Notes: generated by a model not told the origin, from the letters alone. Counted from the stretch's first letter, positions 27,984-37,921 are shown. The stretch is 43,171 nucleotides of DNA from Bacteroidales bacterium (GCA_007123885.1 SLGC01000358.1:1-43171); one strand, 5' to 3'. Program-made: numbers and translations.

Positions 27984-28229
27984 CCGAATAAACTTTAGTT
28001 ATAAGATTGTAAATCATGCATATATATTTTGCATTTAAGTTATTTTGGCATTGCATAGGGATGTATCCCCTTGTTTAATCGGAAAATTTATAACATGGTT
28101 TTCACCTGTCAAATATTTTTTGGTCATAACCTTTTCATCAAACATCATGCCCCTTTTTAAAAGCAAAATGACCGGGAAATGTTGCTTTTCCCAATCATCA
28201 GCTTGTTTATTGTAAGTCCGGAAACCAAC

Positions 28230-28613
28230 CTATCGTTGCTTTTGTTTTGCTTCCATGCTAAGTGTGGCATGAGGAACAGCCCGCAAGCGATCCTTGGCAA
28301 TAAGCTTGCCTGTTTCCCGGCAAATTCCATAGGTTTTGTGCTCAATGCGCACAAGCGCAGCCTGCAGGTGCTGGATGAATTTCAATTGCCTCTGGGCAAG
28401 ATTTCCCGCCTCTTCCTTTGATAAGGTCGAGGCACCCTCTTCAAGTACCTTGAAGGTAGGCGATGTATCCTGTATATCATTGCTGTCGCCATGAGTAATA
28501 GTACTTTTGAGAATATCATAATCCTTTCTTGCCTTATCCAGTTTCTCCAGAATAATCTGCTTGAATTCAGCCAGTTCCTCATCTGTATACCTTGTCTTCT
28601 CCTTCTCTGCCAT
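28230..28613 (-). CDS. DksA/TraR-family protein with a degenerate zinc finger
   Basis: Coiled-coil N-terminal region, then YGICRETGKLIAKDRLRAVPHATLSMEAK. Only one of the four canonical Cys residues is present. The start was set at the MAEKEK Met. Confidence 0.7.
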   Translation of the reverse strand: MAEKEKTRYTDEELAEFKQIILEKLDKARKDYDILKSTITHGDSNDIQDTSPTFKVLEEGASTLSKEEAGNLAQRQLKFIQHLQAALVRIEHKTYGICRETGKLIAKDRLRAVPHATLSMEAKQKQR

Positions 28614-28688
28614 AGTTTTAAATTTTTGTAAAAATAGCATTATTTTTTAAATCAAAATTCCATTTTCAATTAACATGGAAATTGGAAA

Positions 28689-31600
28689 TCAGTTCATTTT
28701 ACGCACCTGGATAAGTGTTTTAACTCCCTCCTCGATTTCAACTTCCCTGGCATTGTTTTCAATTATTTCATCTACAAGTTCTATTTCGGAGGCCAGGGTC
28801 TGGGAGCCGATATATTCCTTGTGTCTTAAAATAGCATCATTCAGGGCCTCATGCTGCCTGATACTTATATTTATCTTATCGGTTACATCAAAACCGCTTT
28901 CCTTGCGCAAGTTCTGTATACGGTTGATAAACTCCCTGGCAATTCCTTCCGCTTTAAGATCCCTGGTTACAGTAACGTCCAGCGCAACAGTAAGGTTTCC
29001 TTCATTCGCAACCAGCCACCCGGGAATATCTTCAGATATTATTTCCACATCATCTATCTGTATGCTGACAATATTGTCTCCGACGTTCAGTTCCACGCTC
29101 CCGTTCTGTTCCAGGTTGCTGATATCTTCCTGGGAAAAGCTGCCGATCTGTGAAGATATCTCTTTCATCAATTTGCCATATCTGGGTCCGAGCTTCTTGA
29201 AATCCGGCTTTATCCTTTTCACGAGAATACCCGAAGTATCAGATATAAACTCAATTTCCCTGATATTAGTCTCTGAAAGGATCAAATTTTTAACTCCTTC
29301 GATCTGCCGCATCATGGTGTTGCCTGTTGCAGGTATCATTATCTTATTCAGGGGCTGGCGCACTTTTATGTTAACCCTGCGCCGCAAACCAAGAACCATC
29401 GATGATATCCGCTGGGCCAGCTCCATCCTTGCCTCAAGGTCGCTGTCTATCTTTTCCGCATCAAAGCTGCAGAAATCGGCCAGATGTACGGATGATACAT
29501 CCTGCTTGCCGGTAACCGTGTTAAGGTCACGGAACAACCTTTCCGTATAAAAAGGCGCTATCGGTGAGGCCAGTACAGCTACAACGGTAAGGCATTCATA
29601 AAGGGTCTGGTAGGCAGCCAGCTTGTCGGCAGAAACCTCCCCGCCCCAGAACCGTTTCCGGTTAAGCCGCACATACCAGTTGCTCAGGTGTTCGGTCACA
29701 AAATCCTGTATGGCTCTTCCTGCCCTTGTAGGCTCATAATTTTCAAATGCTTCATCCACCTCCCTGATAAGTGAATTCAACAGCGATATGATCCACCTGT
29801 CAATCTCCGGGCGTTCATTGAGGGTGACCTCCTCCTCTTTCCCTGTTATGCCGTCAACATTGGCATACAGTGCAAAGAAAGAATAGGTGTTGTAAAGGGT
29901 GCCGAAAAATTTCCTTCTCACCTCATCCACTCCGGCTTCATCAAAACGGATATTGTCCCAGGGCTGTGAATTGGTTGTCATGTACCATCTCAGCGGATCG
30001 GAGCCGAAACGTTTTATGATATCAAAAGGATCGGCAGTATTCCCCAGCCGTTTTGACATCTTGTTTCCGTTCTTGTCAAGCACCAGTCCGTTGGAGATAA
30101 TATTTTTAAAGGCCACAGAATCAAAAAGCAGCACACCTATTACATGAAGCGTAAAGAACCACCCCCTTGTCTGATCCACTCCCTCGGCAATAAAATCGGC
30201 CGGGAAATTTTTTTCGAACCACTCCCTGTTATCAAAAGGGAAATGCATCTGGGCATAAGGCATGGCACCAGAATCAAACCAGACATCAATAAGGTCCGGT
30301 TCGCGGGTCATCTTTTTCCCGCTTTCGCTGACCAGCGTGATGTCATCGACAAAAGGCCGGTGCAGGTCGAAAAGATCATAATTTTCAGCAGAAAAATCAC
30401 CTTCCCGGAAATCCTTCAATGGATTTTCCTTCATAAATCCGGACTCTACCGATTTGTCGATCTCCTTTTTCAGTTCGGCCACCGATCCGATGCAGATCCT
30501 CTCACTTCCATCTTCGGTCATCCAGACAGGCAGGGGAGTGCCCCAGTACCTTGAACGTGACAGATTCCAGTCCACCAAATTCTCCAGCCATTTGCCAAAC
30601 CTTCCCGAACCTGTTGAAGGAGGCTTCCAGTTTATCGTCTCATTAAGCTCAAGAAGCCGGTCCTTGAGGGCAGTGGTGCGGATGAACCATGAGTCGAGCG
30701 GATAATATAGTACCGGCTTGTCAGTCCGCCAGCAGTGCGGATAAGAGTGAACGTACTTCTCTATTTTGAAGGCCTTGTTCTCGTTTTTCAGGTACACCGC
30801 AATTTCCACATCGGTAGTTTCCGCGTCATCGGGAATATTTTCATCATATTCGTTCTTGACATATTTTCCGGCAAGCCACCCGGCTTCATCAACAAACTTA
30901 CCCTTCTTGTCCACAAGTGTCAGATTCCCAAGTCCGTACTGCTGTCCGATCCTGAAGTCATCGGCACCAAAAGAGGGGGCAATATGCACTATTCCCGTTC
31001 CCTCTTCAGTTGAAACAAAATCACCGGTAAGCACAACGAAGGCGTCACCTTCCGAGGGCCGGACAAGAGGTATGAGTTGTTCGTAGCTTATTCCATGAAA
31101 ATCAGCCCCCTTGTTTTCACCCAGGAATTTCCAGGGAATAATTTTATCCCCGAACCGGTAATCGGACAGGTTAAGCGATGCATGTTCATTCTTAAAATAG
31201 GTATTTACCCTGTCGCTTGCCAGTATGACCGTTACGGGCTTCCCGGTATACTGGTTGAAAGTTCGTATACGGCTGTAGCCGATATCTCCGCCCACGGCCA
31301 GGGCAATGTTGCTGGGAAGGGTCCACGGTGTGGTGGTCCATGCAAGTAAAAACAGATCCTCGTCAGCGTGTTCAAAAAGGAATTCTGATTTTTCATTTCT
31401 CACAATACGGAATTGTGCCACAACTGTTGTATCTTTTACATCCCTGTAGCAACCCGGCTGGTTCAGCTCATGTGTACTGAGGCCGGTTCCCGCTGCCGGT
31501 GAATATGGCTGAATGGAGTATCCCTTGTACAGGAGGTCTTTTTTGTAAAGCTCACCAATCAGGTACCAGAGAGTTTCCACGTAACGGTTGTCGTAAGTCA

Positions 31601-32051
31601 CATAAGGATTTTCCATGTCAACCCAGTAACCCATCATCCGTGTCAGCTCCTCCCACAGGTCGGTATATTTCATCACCTCCTTTTTGCAGGCATTATTGAA
31701 ATCTTCAATTGATATATTTTGTCCGATATCTTCTTTGCTGATGCCAAGAGTTTTTTCCACGGCCAGCTCTACAGGAAGACCATGGGTATCCCATCCTGCC
31801 TTGCGTTCAACCAGGAAACCCTTGAGGGTCTTGTAACGGCAGAAGATATCCTTAATGGTTCTTGATATAACATGGTGAATACCCGGAATACCGTTTGCAG
31901 AAGGAGGCCCTTCATAAAAAACAAAAGGGCTTCTTCCTTCGCGGGAAGAGATGCTTTTCCCGAAAGTATTTTCCTTTTCCCAGATCTCCCGTATCTCGTT
32001 ATTTACCCTTGCCAGGTCAAGTTCTTTATATTCTGGAAATTTCTTACTCAT
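28689..32051 (-). CDS. ileS: Isoleucine--tRNA ligase (long, type 2)
   Basis: 1120 aa with a HIGH-type PSANGIPGIHHV motif, KMSKRLGN, and a CP1 editing domain. Confidence 0.97.
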   Translation of the reverse strand: MSKKFPEYKELDLARVNNEIREIWEKENTFGKSISSREGRSPFVFYEGPPSANGIPGIHHVISRTIKDIFCRYKTLKGFLVERKAGWDTHGLPVELAVEKTLGISKEDIGQNISIEDFNNACKKEVMKYTDLWEELTRMMGYWVDMENPYVTYDNRYVETLWYLIGELYKKDLLYKGYSIQPYSPAAGTGLSTHELNQPGCYRDVKDTTVVAQFRIVRNEKSEFLFEHADEDLFLLAWTTTPWTLPSNIALAVGGDIGYSRIRTFNQYTGKPVTVILASDRVNTYFKNEHASLNLSDYRFGDKIIPWKFLGENKGADFHGISYEQLIPLVRPSEGDAFVVLTGDFVSTEEGTGIVHIAPSFGADDFRIGQQYGLGNLTLVDKKGKFVDEAGWLAGKYVKNEYDENIPDDAETTDVEIAVYLKNENKAFKIEKYVHSYPHCWRTDKPVLYYPLDSWFIRTTALKDRLLELNETINWKPPSTGSGRFGKWLENLVDWNLSRSRYWGTPLPVWMTEDGSERICIGSVAELKKEIDKSVESGFMKENPLKDFREGDFSAENYDLFDLHRPFVDDITLVSESGKKMTREPDLIDVWFDSGAMPYAQMHFPFDNREWFEKNFPADFIAEGVDQTRGWFFTLHVIGVLLFDSVAFKNIISNGLVLDKNGNKMSKRLGNTADPFDIIKRFGSDPLRWYMTTNSQPWDNIRFDEAGVDEVRRKFFGTLYNTYSFFALYANVDGITGKEEEVTLNERPEIDRWIISLLNSLIREVDEAFENYEPTRAGRAIQDFVTEHLSNWYVRLNRKRFWGGEVSADKLAAYQTLYECLTVVAVLASPIAPFYTERLFRDLNTVTGKQDVSSVHLADFCSFDAEKIDSDLEARMELAQRISSMVLGLRRRVNIKVRQPLNKIMIPATGNTMMRQIEGVKNLILSETNIREIEFISDTSGILVKRIKPDFKKLGPRYGKLMKEISSQIGSFSQEDISNLEQNGSVELNVGDNIVSIQIDDVEIISEDIPGWLVANEGNLTVALDVTVTRDLKAEGIAREFINRIQNLRKESGFDVTDKINISIRQHEALNDAILRHKEYIGSQTLASEIELVDEIIENNAREVEIEEGVKTLIQVRKMN

Positions 32052-32086
32052 TTTGACTTTTAATGATCGTTACTGAAAAAATCCCA

Positions 32087-32094
32087 CAAAGATA
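32087..32094 (-). promoter_or_regulatory. -7 motif TATCTTTG (minus strand) upstream of ileS
   Basis: The + strand reads CAAAGATA, 36-43 nt upstream of the ileS ATG. Confidence 0.45.
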
Positions 32095-32187
32095 GGAAAA
32101 AAGAATTTCAAACCTTCTTTCCGTGGCTGTTTTCCTGTGGGAAATTATGGTCGTTTGAACAGTATATGAACGGAAAGTTCCCGTTTT

Positions 32188-33237
32188 TTATTCCGGGCTC
32201 CTGCCTTTCCTGAGGGTAAAAGAGAAACAGGTTCCCTCTCCCTCTTTGCTTCTGACCCTAATGGTCTGGTTATGCGCCTCGATCACATGCTTGACAATTG
32301 CCAGTCCCAGGCCTGTTCCACCCTTGTTCCTTGAGCGATACTCATCAACCCTGTAGAACCTTTCAAAAATCCGGGGCAGATCTTCATTGGGAATACCTAT
32401 GCCATTATCGCATACTTTCACCAGGATATTTTCCTCATGGTCTTCAAATTCAACGGAGGTACACCCATTTTTGGAACCATAGTTGATCGAGTTGATAATA
32501 AGGTTTGCCATAACTTCCTGTATTCTTTTCCTGTCGGCATGGACAATCACAGGTTCCTGGTTTTCCTTTGCAAATTTCAGCTCAATGCCAAGTTCCTTAG
32601 CCCTCAACTCCTGGACCTCATGAACATCCCTTATAAGGCTGACGATATCGAAATCTTCAAAATGTATTGGTATTTCGCCCGAATCCAGGCGGGTTATAGT
32701 ATCCAGATCGTCTACAATGTTGATGAGTCTGCGGACGCTTTTCATTGCCCTTTCAAGATAGAGCTTGTTAATGGAAGGATCATCCAGTCCGCCGTCAAGC
32801 AGGGTTGACATATAGCCCTGGGCGCTTGTCAGCGGTGTCTTCATTTCGTGTGATACATTTCCCAGGAATTCTTTCCTGTAATTCTCCATCTCCTTCAGCT
32901 GGTCGATCTCCCTTGTCTTGTTTGTTGCCCAGTCCTCTACTTCCCGGTTCAGATTCTCAATATTCTGTTCTGCCGGTTTGGTCTCGATTTTTTTTTCAGT
33001 CTCCTTCAGGTTGGTGATCGTGTTGTAAATGGGATTTATTTTCTGAAGAAAGAATTTGTTGATCAGCAGATAGACAAGCATGTATACCGAACCGAACACA
33101 ACGATTATCGATCCGGCAAGGATGGCCAGATAGCTGTCGGGAACCAGGTTGAAGAACATAGCTCCGGCGGCTCCGGTAACCAGTGCGGCCAGGATAGCAA
33201 TGTAAAAAGCCATTATTTTTGCTGAGGCAGTTTTCAC
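32188..33237 (-). CDS. Membrane sensor histidine kinase (PhoR/BaeS-like), no adjacent response regulator
   Basis: Two N-terminal TM segments, H-box SHEMKTPLTS, and GTGLGLAIVKH. Confidence 0.85.
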   Translation of the reverse strand: MKTASAKIMAFYIAILAALVTGAAGAMFFNLVPDSYLAILAGSIIVVFGSVYMLVYLLINKFFLQKINPIYNTITNLKETEKKIETKPAEQNIENLNREVEDWATNKTREIDQLKEMENYRKEFLGNVSHEMKTPLTSAQGYMSTLLDGGLDDPSINKLYLERAMKSVRRLINIVDDLDTITRLDSGEIPIHFEDFDIVSLIRDVHEVQELRAKELGIELKFAKENQEPVIVHADRKRIQEVMANLIINSINYGSKNGCTSVEFEDHEENILVKVCDNGIGIPNEDLPRIFERFYRVDEYRSRNKGGTGLGLAIVKHVIEAHNQTIRVRSKEGEGTCFSFTLRKGRSPE

Positions 33238-33370
33238 GATAATTTGATTTTCTTTTGGACTCTTTCTGTGCTGAATTCATTATCAGTACAAATGAGAAAT
33301 TACCAAACTGCGAAATTAAATAAATCTAAGAACAATTTTGGTATATGTAAGATTTTTAATAACAAAGAAT

Positions 33371-33378
33371 TATTTTTG
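33371..33378 (+). promoter_or_regulatory. -7 motif TATTTTTG upstream of the upxY-like gene
   Basis: The motif ends 25 nt before the ATG at 33403. Confidence 0.45.
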
Positions 33379-33402
33379 CCCTACAGGAAAAGGATATTTC
33401 AG

Positions 33403-33909
33403 ATGGCATTAAGAAAACAACTCTGGTATGCAGCCTATACCAAATCAAGGGCTGAGAAAAAGGTACTCCAGGAGCTGCAGCAGATGGGTATTGAGACTTA
33501 TCTTCCCCTGCAGAAAAGGCTGAAGCAATGGAGCGATCGCCGTAAGTGGGTTGAGGAACCCTTACTGAGGTGCTATATTTTTGTATACATTGATATGAGC
33601 GACTACTTCAGGGTGCTGAACACCAGAGGGGTGGTAAGATACATCACCTTTGAGGGGAAGGCGGTGCCCATTCCCGAGAAACAAATAGATGTGCTCAGGA
33701 AGATTGTTGCCACCGAAGCCGATGTCGAAGTCACTGTCGAGAGCTTTCATCCCGGAGACAAAGTCAGGGTGGTGAGCGGGCCGCTTCACGGACTCGAAGG
33801 CGAGCTTGTTGATTTCAGGGGCAACCGCCGTGTTATGGTAAGGTTCGAGCAACTGGGCCAGCATCTGCTGGTATCCGTGCCTGCAGGTTTTCTTGAGCAG
33901 ATGAGGTAG
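33403..33909 (+). CDS. UpxY-family NusG-like transcription antiterminator
   Basis: WYAAYTKSRAEKKV NGN-type start and a C-terminal KOW motif (GDKVRVVSGPLHGLEGELV). About 168 aa counted from the Met at 33403. Confidence 0.8.
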   Translation: MALRKQLWYAAYTKSRAEKKVLQELQQMGIETYLPLQKRLKQWSDRRKWVEEPLLRCYIFVYIDMSDYFRVLNTRGVVRYITFEGKAVPIPEKQIDVLRKIVATEADVEVTVESFHPGDKVRVVSGPLHGLEGELVDFRGNRRVMVRFEQLGQHLLVSVPAGFLEQMR

Positions 33910-33913
33910 CCGC

Positions 33914-33936
33914 GGGGAAACCGGAACCGGCTCCCC
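33914..33936 (+). terminator. Hairpin immediately after the upxY stop codon
   Basis: GGGGAAACCGGAACCGGCTCCCC forms 5 bp + 3 bp stems, followed by TTCTTAATAT. Confidence 0.45.
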
Positions 33937-33950
33937 TTCTTAATATCCCG

Positions 33951-34295
33951 GCTAACTACCGCGCCGGCCCCAACGGAATCGATATTGTTCTCTTCGAGGG
34001 CTTTCAAGGTATCAGCCAGTCCCCTGCCGCCGTAATCAAGGATATGATTGTTTGCAAGGGTAACAAGGTCCACTTTGAGCTTTTTTAGAATGGGAATAGT
34101 GGTAGAGTCCAGGGACCTCAGGTGCGGTCCGGTCTTTTCGATCCTGTTTTCGTGAATTTCCCCGGTAAGGGGGGCTTCCAGGTTCAACACCCTGTAGTCT
34201 GCCCGGGCAAAGAGTGCGGCAACCGTATCATCGATAAGATCCCGGCCGCTGAAATCATCCGAAACAAAAAAGTCGCCGCCGAAAATTATGTTCAT
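33951..34295 (-). pseudogene. N-terminal fragment of a CapA/PGA_cap-family (metallophosphatase-like) gene
   Basis: MNIIFGGDF...LNLEAPLT...LANNHILDYGGRGLADTL...GAG matches the first ~115 aa of CapA-type proteins. Beyond that the ORF runs antisense through the upxY terminator and the upxY gene itself. Confidence 0.55.
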
Positions 34296-34329
34296 TATCA
34301 GTATCCTTATTTATTAAAGATACTAAAAT

Positions 34330-34932
34330 TTATCTCTTATCCTCCAAAATCTGCCGGACGATTTTGGTGATGTATTTGCCTATAATGTCAAATTCAAGGT
34401 TCACCACCGTGCCCGCCTTTATCTGGTGAAAGTTGGTCACCTCATAGGTGAAGGGAATGATGGCCACCTCAAAAGACCTGTCCCTGGAATTCACCACCGT
34501 AAGACTCACTCCGTTAACCGAGATCGATCCCTTCTCAACGGTAATGTTGTCACCAACAGGCTCATATTCAAACCTGAAGTACCAGCTGCCGTCAGCCTCC
34601 CTGACCTCGGTGCATACGGCCGTCTGGTCGACGTGACCCTGAACGAAGTGCCCGTCCACCATTGAGTCGGCGCGGAGGCTTCTTTCCAGGTTCACCTTTG
34701 AGCCCGTTTCCAGCAACCCGAGATTCGATTTTTCAAGGGTTTCCTTAATAGCAGTAACCGTGTAGGTTTTATCGTCACGGTGGACAACAGTCAGACATAC
34801 CCCGTTGTGGGATACGCTCTGATCAATTTTCAGCTCGTTTACAAAGGAACATTCCATGGTGATATGAAGGTTGCCCTTGTCTTTTTCCAGGCCCACCACG
34901 GTGGCAGCCTCTTCAACAATTCCTGAGAACAT
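34330..34932 (-). CDS. ribE: Riboflavin synthase
   Basis: MFSGIVEE start, two internally repeated lumazine-binding halves, 200 aa. Confidence 0.9.
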   Translation of the reverse strand: MFSGIVEEAATVVGLEKDKGNLHITMECSFVNELKIDQSVSHNGVCLTVVHRDDKTYTVTAIKETLEKSNLGLLETGSKVNLERSLRADSMVDGHFVQGHVDQTAVCTEVREADGSWYFRFEYEPVGDNITVEKGSISVNGVSLTVVNSRDRSFEVAIIPFTYEVTNFHQIKAGTVVNLEFDIIGKYITKIVRQILEDKR

Positions 34933-35023
34933 GATAATCTGTTTTAGATTTAAGGTAGTATACTGAGATCATTTTAAATCCTGCAGGTCGGTGACAAGCA
35001 GAAGCTTAACGAATAAGCACCAA

Positions 35024-35031
35024 CAAAGATA
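35024..35031 (-). promoter_or_regulatory. -7 motif TATCTTTG (minus strand) upstream of ribE
   Basis: The + strand reads CAAAGATA, ~92 nt upstream of the ribE ATG. Confidence 0.35.
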
Positions 35032-35178
35032 AGGATTAATTGAAAACCTTTGATGACTTAGTGAAGGGTTATGGATAATTATAGTTCATTACTTTGTACC
35101 GTTGCCTTATTTTCCATAACTTGTCTGATCTTATCTTCCTGTCAGCTGCTTACAATTAATAATTTAAAATCATCCGTT

Positions 35179-35496
35179 ATGAAAGACATATCAAGAAGAG
35201 ATTTCATTAAGGGAGGAACTATCGCCACCTGCGGGATGAGTGTTTTGCCATTGACTTTCGGGACACCGGATGAGATGGAGAACAGGGTGAAAATTGGAAT
35301 AATCGGCATGGGAAGACGCGGAACGAGCCATTTACGACTGTTGTTATTAATGGATGGCGTTGAGGTAGTTGCGGTAAATGACATTATTCCATCCAGGGCG
35401 GAAAATGCCGCAGACCTTTGCCGGGAGGCCGGGGAAAACCGTCCCGCAATATATTCCGGGCATGAGGAATCCTATAAGCAATTGCAATACCATTGA
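35179..35496 (+). pseudogene. Truncated Tat-signal Gfo/Idh/MocA oxidoreductase (first ~105 aa only)
   Basis: MKDISRRDFIKGG Tat signal and a VKIGIIGMGRRG Rossmann motif. The ORF stops after about 105 aa, versus 449 aa for the intact paralog-type gene at 41014. Confidence 0.55.
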
Positions 35497-35527
35497 ATTT
35501 AATAAGATCTTAAATGAGCATTATATT

Positions 35528-36607
35528 ATGATAAAGGTACAGGCAAGTGTATCCAAAGGCTGGCTTAACAAGCACGGAGGGTTTGTCTTTGACAAAAGGT
35601 ATTATTTTGATCCGTATTATCGGATGAAGCAGGATGAGGAATGCCATAATTATATAAAAGAGAGGTTTCCCGATTATCCTATATATAATATGGAAGATAA
35701 TCTTGTCCAGGCGGAGTATGTTGTTCCCCGAATGATGACGATCGGTGCAATTCAGCCCAATATGATCATTGCGGCTGCCCTGGGAGCCCGGTTTGTTTTT
35801 TCACCGGACAGGGATTCGGATATATCAGATTCCCCGGTAAGGGAAATAAAAGATGTCAGTGAACTGCCCCCGGTCGAAGAAATTTTGCAATTGCCTCTGA
35901 TTAAAACCATGGAAGAACAATACCTCAGAGCATGTGAGGAATATCCGGATTGTACAATTATCCCGCCTTTTTTTTGGGATATTTCCGGCAGAGCTACCAT
36001 ACATGGGATATTTACCACTTCATTTAAATTGTTGGGGCAGGATATCTTTACCAGGATGATGATGGAGCCGGAACTGGTTAAAAGCATACATTCATGGATA
36101 GCCCGGGTCTATATCCACATTGTCAGGTTTTTCTCCAAACTTGCCGGCATGCCGGTAACTTCAGTTCATGTTGGTGAATGTTCGGGTACGATGCTGGATA
36201 AGTATTCCTACACAGAATTTGTGACACCTTATATAGGTGAGATAGGTCGTGAACTGGGAGGCATCAGGCTGCATAGTTGCGGCAAAGCCGATCATATCAT
36301 GTCATCCATTTGTGAAATTGAAAATCTCCGGATAATCGATACCGGTTCTAACACATCGCTTTTTAAGATAAGGCAAAAAATGGGTGAGGAATTTGAAATA
36401 AACGTATTCCCTCCTGTTGATGTATTGACCGGAAATTCCGAAACAGAGGATATCCGGCAATGGCTTGCAAAAATCTTAAAAGATAATGATGGCGGAAATT
36501 TAAAGATCGGGTATCATTTGGAGCCGGAATACAATCTTTTAAATTGTCTCTATATCCATGAAGAACTGGAACGCTCAGGGCTGGTAAAAAAGGAGCGGCT
36601 TTACTAG
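35528..36607 (+). CDS. Uroporphyrinogen-decarboxylase-like (URO-D/MtaA-like TIM barrel) family protein, function unknown
   Basis: The pattern MEPELV...TEFVTPYIGEIG...LHSCGK resembles the URO-D superfamily. The start was set at ATG 35528. The region looks visibly AT-richer than its neighbours. Confidence 0.4.
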   Translation: MIKVQASVSKGWLNKHGGFVFDKRYYFDPYYRMKQDEECHNYIKERFPDYPIYNMEDNLVQAEYVVPRMMTIGAIQPNMIIAAALGARFVFSPDRDSDISDSPVREIKDVSELPPVEEILQLPLIKTMEEQYLRACEEYPDCTIIPPFFWDISGRATIHGIFTTSFKLLGQDIFTRMMMEPELVKSIHSWIARVYIHIVRFFSKLAGMPVTSVHVGECSGTMLDKYSYTEFVTPYIGEIGRELGGIRLHSCGKADHIMSSICEIENLRIIDTGSNTSLFKIRQKMGEEFEINVFPPVDVLTGNSETEDIRQWLAKILKDNDGGNLKIGYHLEPEYNLLNCLYIHEELERSGLVKKERLY

Positions 36608-36832
36608 TGAAAAAAATGATCTGAAATAAATATTTACTTATGAACCCCCATGACAGATCAGGGGGATACATCCATGTGCAATGTCTAAAATGACTTGAGT
36701 GTCTTTGAGGGAATTAGCCAAGCCGGCTCAGGATCCTGATTAATTCGGGACTGATATTAAAAAATACCATATTAATTGCAATTCAAACCATAAATCATAT
36801 AATCCAAATTCTAATTAAACCGAAGTTGCATT

Positions 36833-37780
36833 ATGAAAAACCCAACAGCATTATTAATGACATTACTGGTTTTGTGTATACCATTTTCTGGTTTAGCACA
36901 GGACGAAGAAGATCAGATTATCTCAATTTATGAAGGCAGCAGGCTTATTTATGATGACCGGCTGGGATTCGAAGAGTATCCCATTGTCATCGACGGTTCT
37001 GCAATCAGCCTTAAACAGGGTATCCTCAGGCGTCAATGGTGCCGTGCTCCTGAAGGGCGTTCTCCGTTGGAGGTCATCAGGAATTATGAAAGTGCCATCC
37101 GGCAGAAGGGTGGGGAGATACTTTTCAGCACCCGTGATCCGCAATCTTTAGAGATTGAAGAGGAGAAACTTGCCGAGTATTTCACTTCCAACCGCCTTGG
37201 CCGGGGTCTCGCCACCAATGTATTTTCCTACACCTATTTCCCCGGTTTAATGTCCGAATTTCTGGTTGGAAAGATTGCCACTCCAGGATCTGACGTCTAT
37301 CTTACCATTGCAACCGGCAGGGGCCATAATGCCGCCAGGGAGAATGACATTACTTTTTTTGAGATAGTCACCCTGGAGGCCGAATCGATGGAGATGGACA
37401 TGGTTACCATGGATGCACTGAGGGAAGGACTCGCTGTGCAGGGGAGGGTGGCAGTTTATAATATTTATTTTGAAACGGGAGAGTCGGCGGTAAGGAAAGA
37501 GTCAGCCGAAGCACTGGAGGTTATCGCTGAGTTCCTGAAGCAGGATCCAGCCGGAAGATTCCTGGTGGTGGGACATACTGATAATGTTGGCAGCTACGAG
37601 ATGAATCTGGACCTGTCAGAGGCAAGGGCAAATGCAGTTGTTGAAAAGCTGGTCAATGGGTACGGGGTAAGTGCAGACCGGTTGAAACCTGTTGGTGTCG
37701 GTCCGGCATCCCCGGTTTTAAGCAATTCGACAGAAGAAGGAAAAGCCAGGAACCGGAGGGTCGAGATCGTGGAAAGATAA
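36833..37780 (+). CDS. OmpA-family protein (novel N-terminal domain plus C-terminal OmpA_C peptidoglycan-binding domain)
   Basis: Signal peptide. The C-terminus has VVGHTDNVGS...NLDLSEARANAV...NRRVEIV. Confidence 0.85.
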   Translation: MKNPTALLMTLLVLCIPFSGLAQDEEDQIISIYEGSRLIYDDRLGFEEYPIVIDGSAISLKQGILRRQWCRAPEGRSPLEVIRNYESAIRQKGGEILFSTRDPQSLEIEEEKLAEYFTSNRLGRGLATNVFSYTYFPGLMSEFLVGKIATPGSDVYLTIATGRGHNAARENDITFFEIVTLEAESMEMDMVTMDALREGLAVQGRVAVYNIYFETGESAVRKESAEALEVIAEFLKQDPAGRFLVVGHTDNVGSYEMNLDLSEARANAVVEKLVNGYGVSADRLKPVGVGPASPVLSNSTEEGKARNRRVEIVER

Positions 37781-37921
37781 TAGCTATTCAGATATTTCCC
37801 CGGAAACGGTTAAAATCGCCGAAAAGGTAATTCGCCTAAAGCGTAAGAGATCTGCTAAGAATCCAGGTGGTCATTATAATTGTTGGAAGTTAACACGAGC
37901 CGGGAGATCCGTGTACCATCC

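Noticed and set aside
34933-35070. Possible FMN riboswitch upstream of ribE, and possible T-box or leader elements upstream of tyrS and ileS.
   Set aside because: The upstream regions (about 90-140 nt) are too short, and I could not see the conserved FMN or T-box core sequences.
36617-36665. Pseudoknot-like arrangement: TGATCTG...CCCCC...CAGATCA GGGGG downstream of the URO-D-like gene.
   Set aside because: There is a zero-length connecting loop after the first helix, so a classical H-type pseudoknot is sterically implausible. The helices are short and there is no second copy to test covariation.
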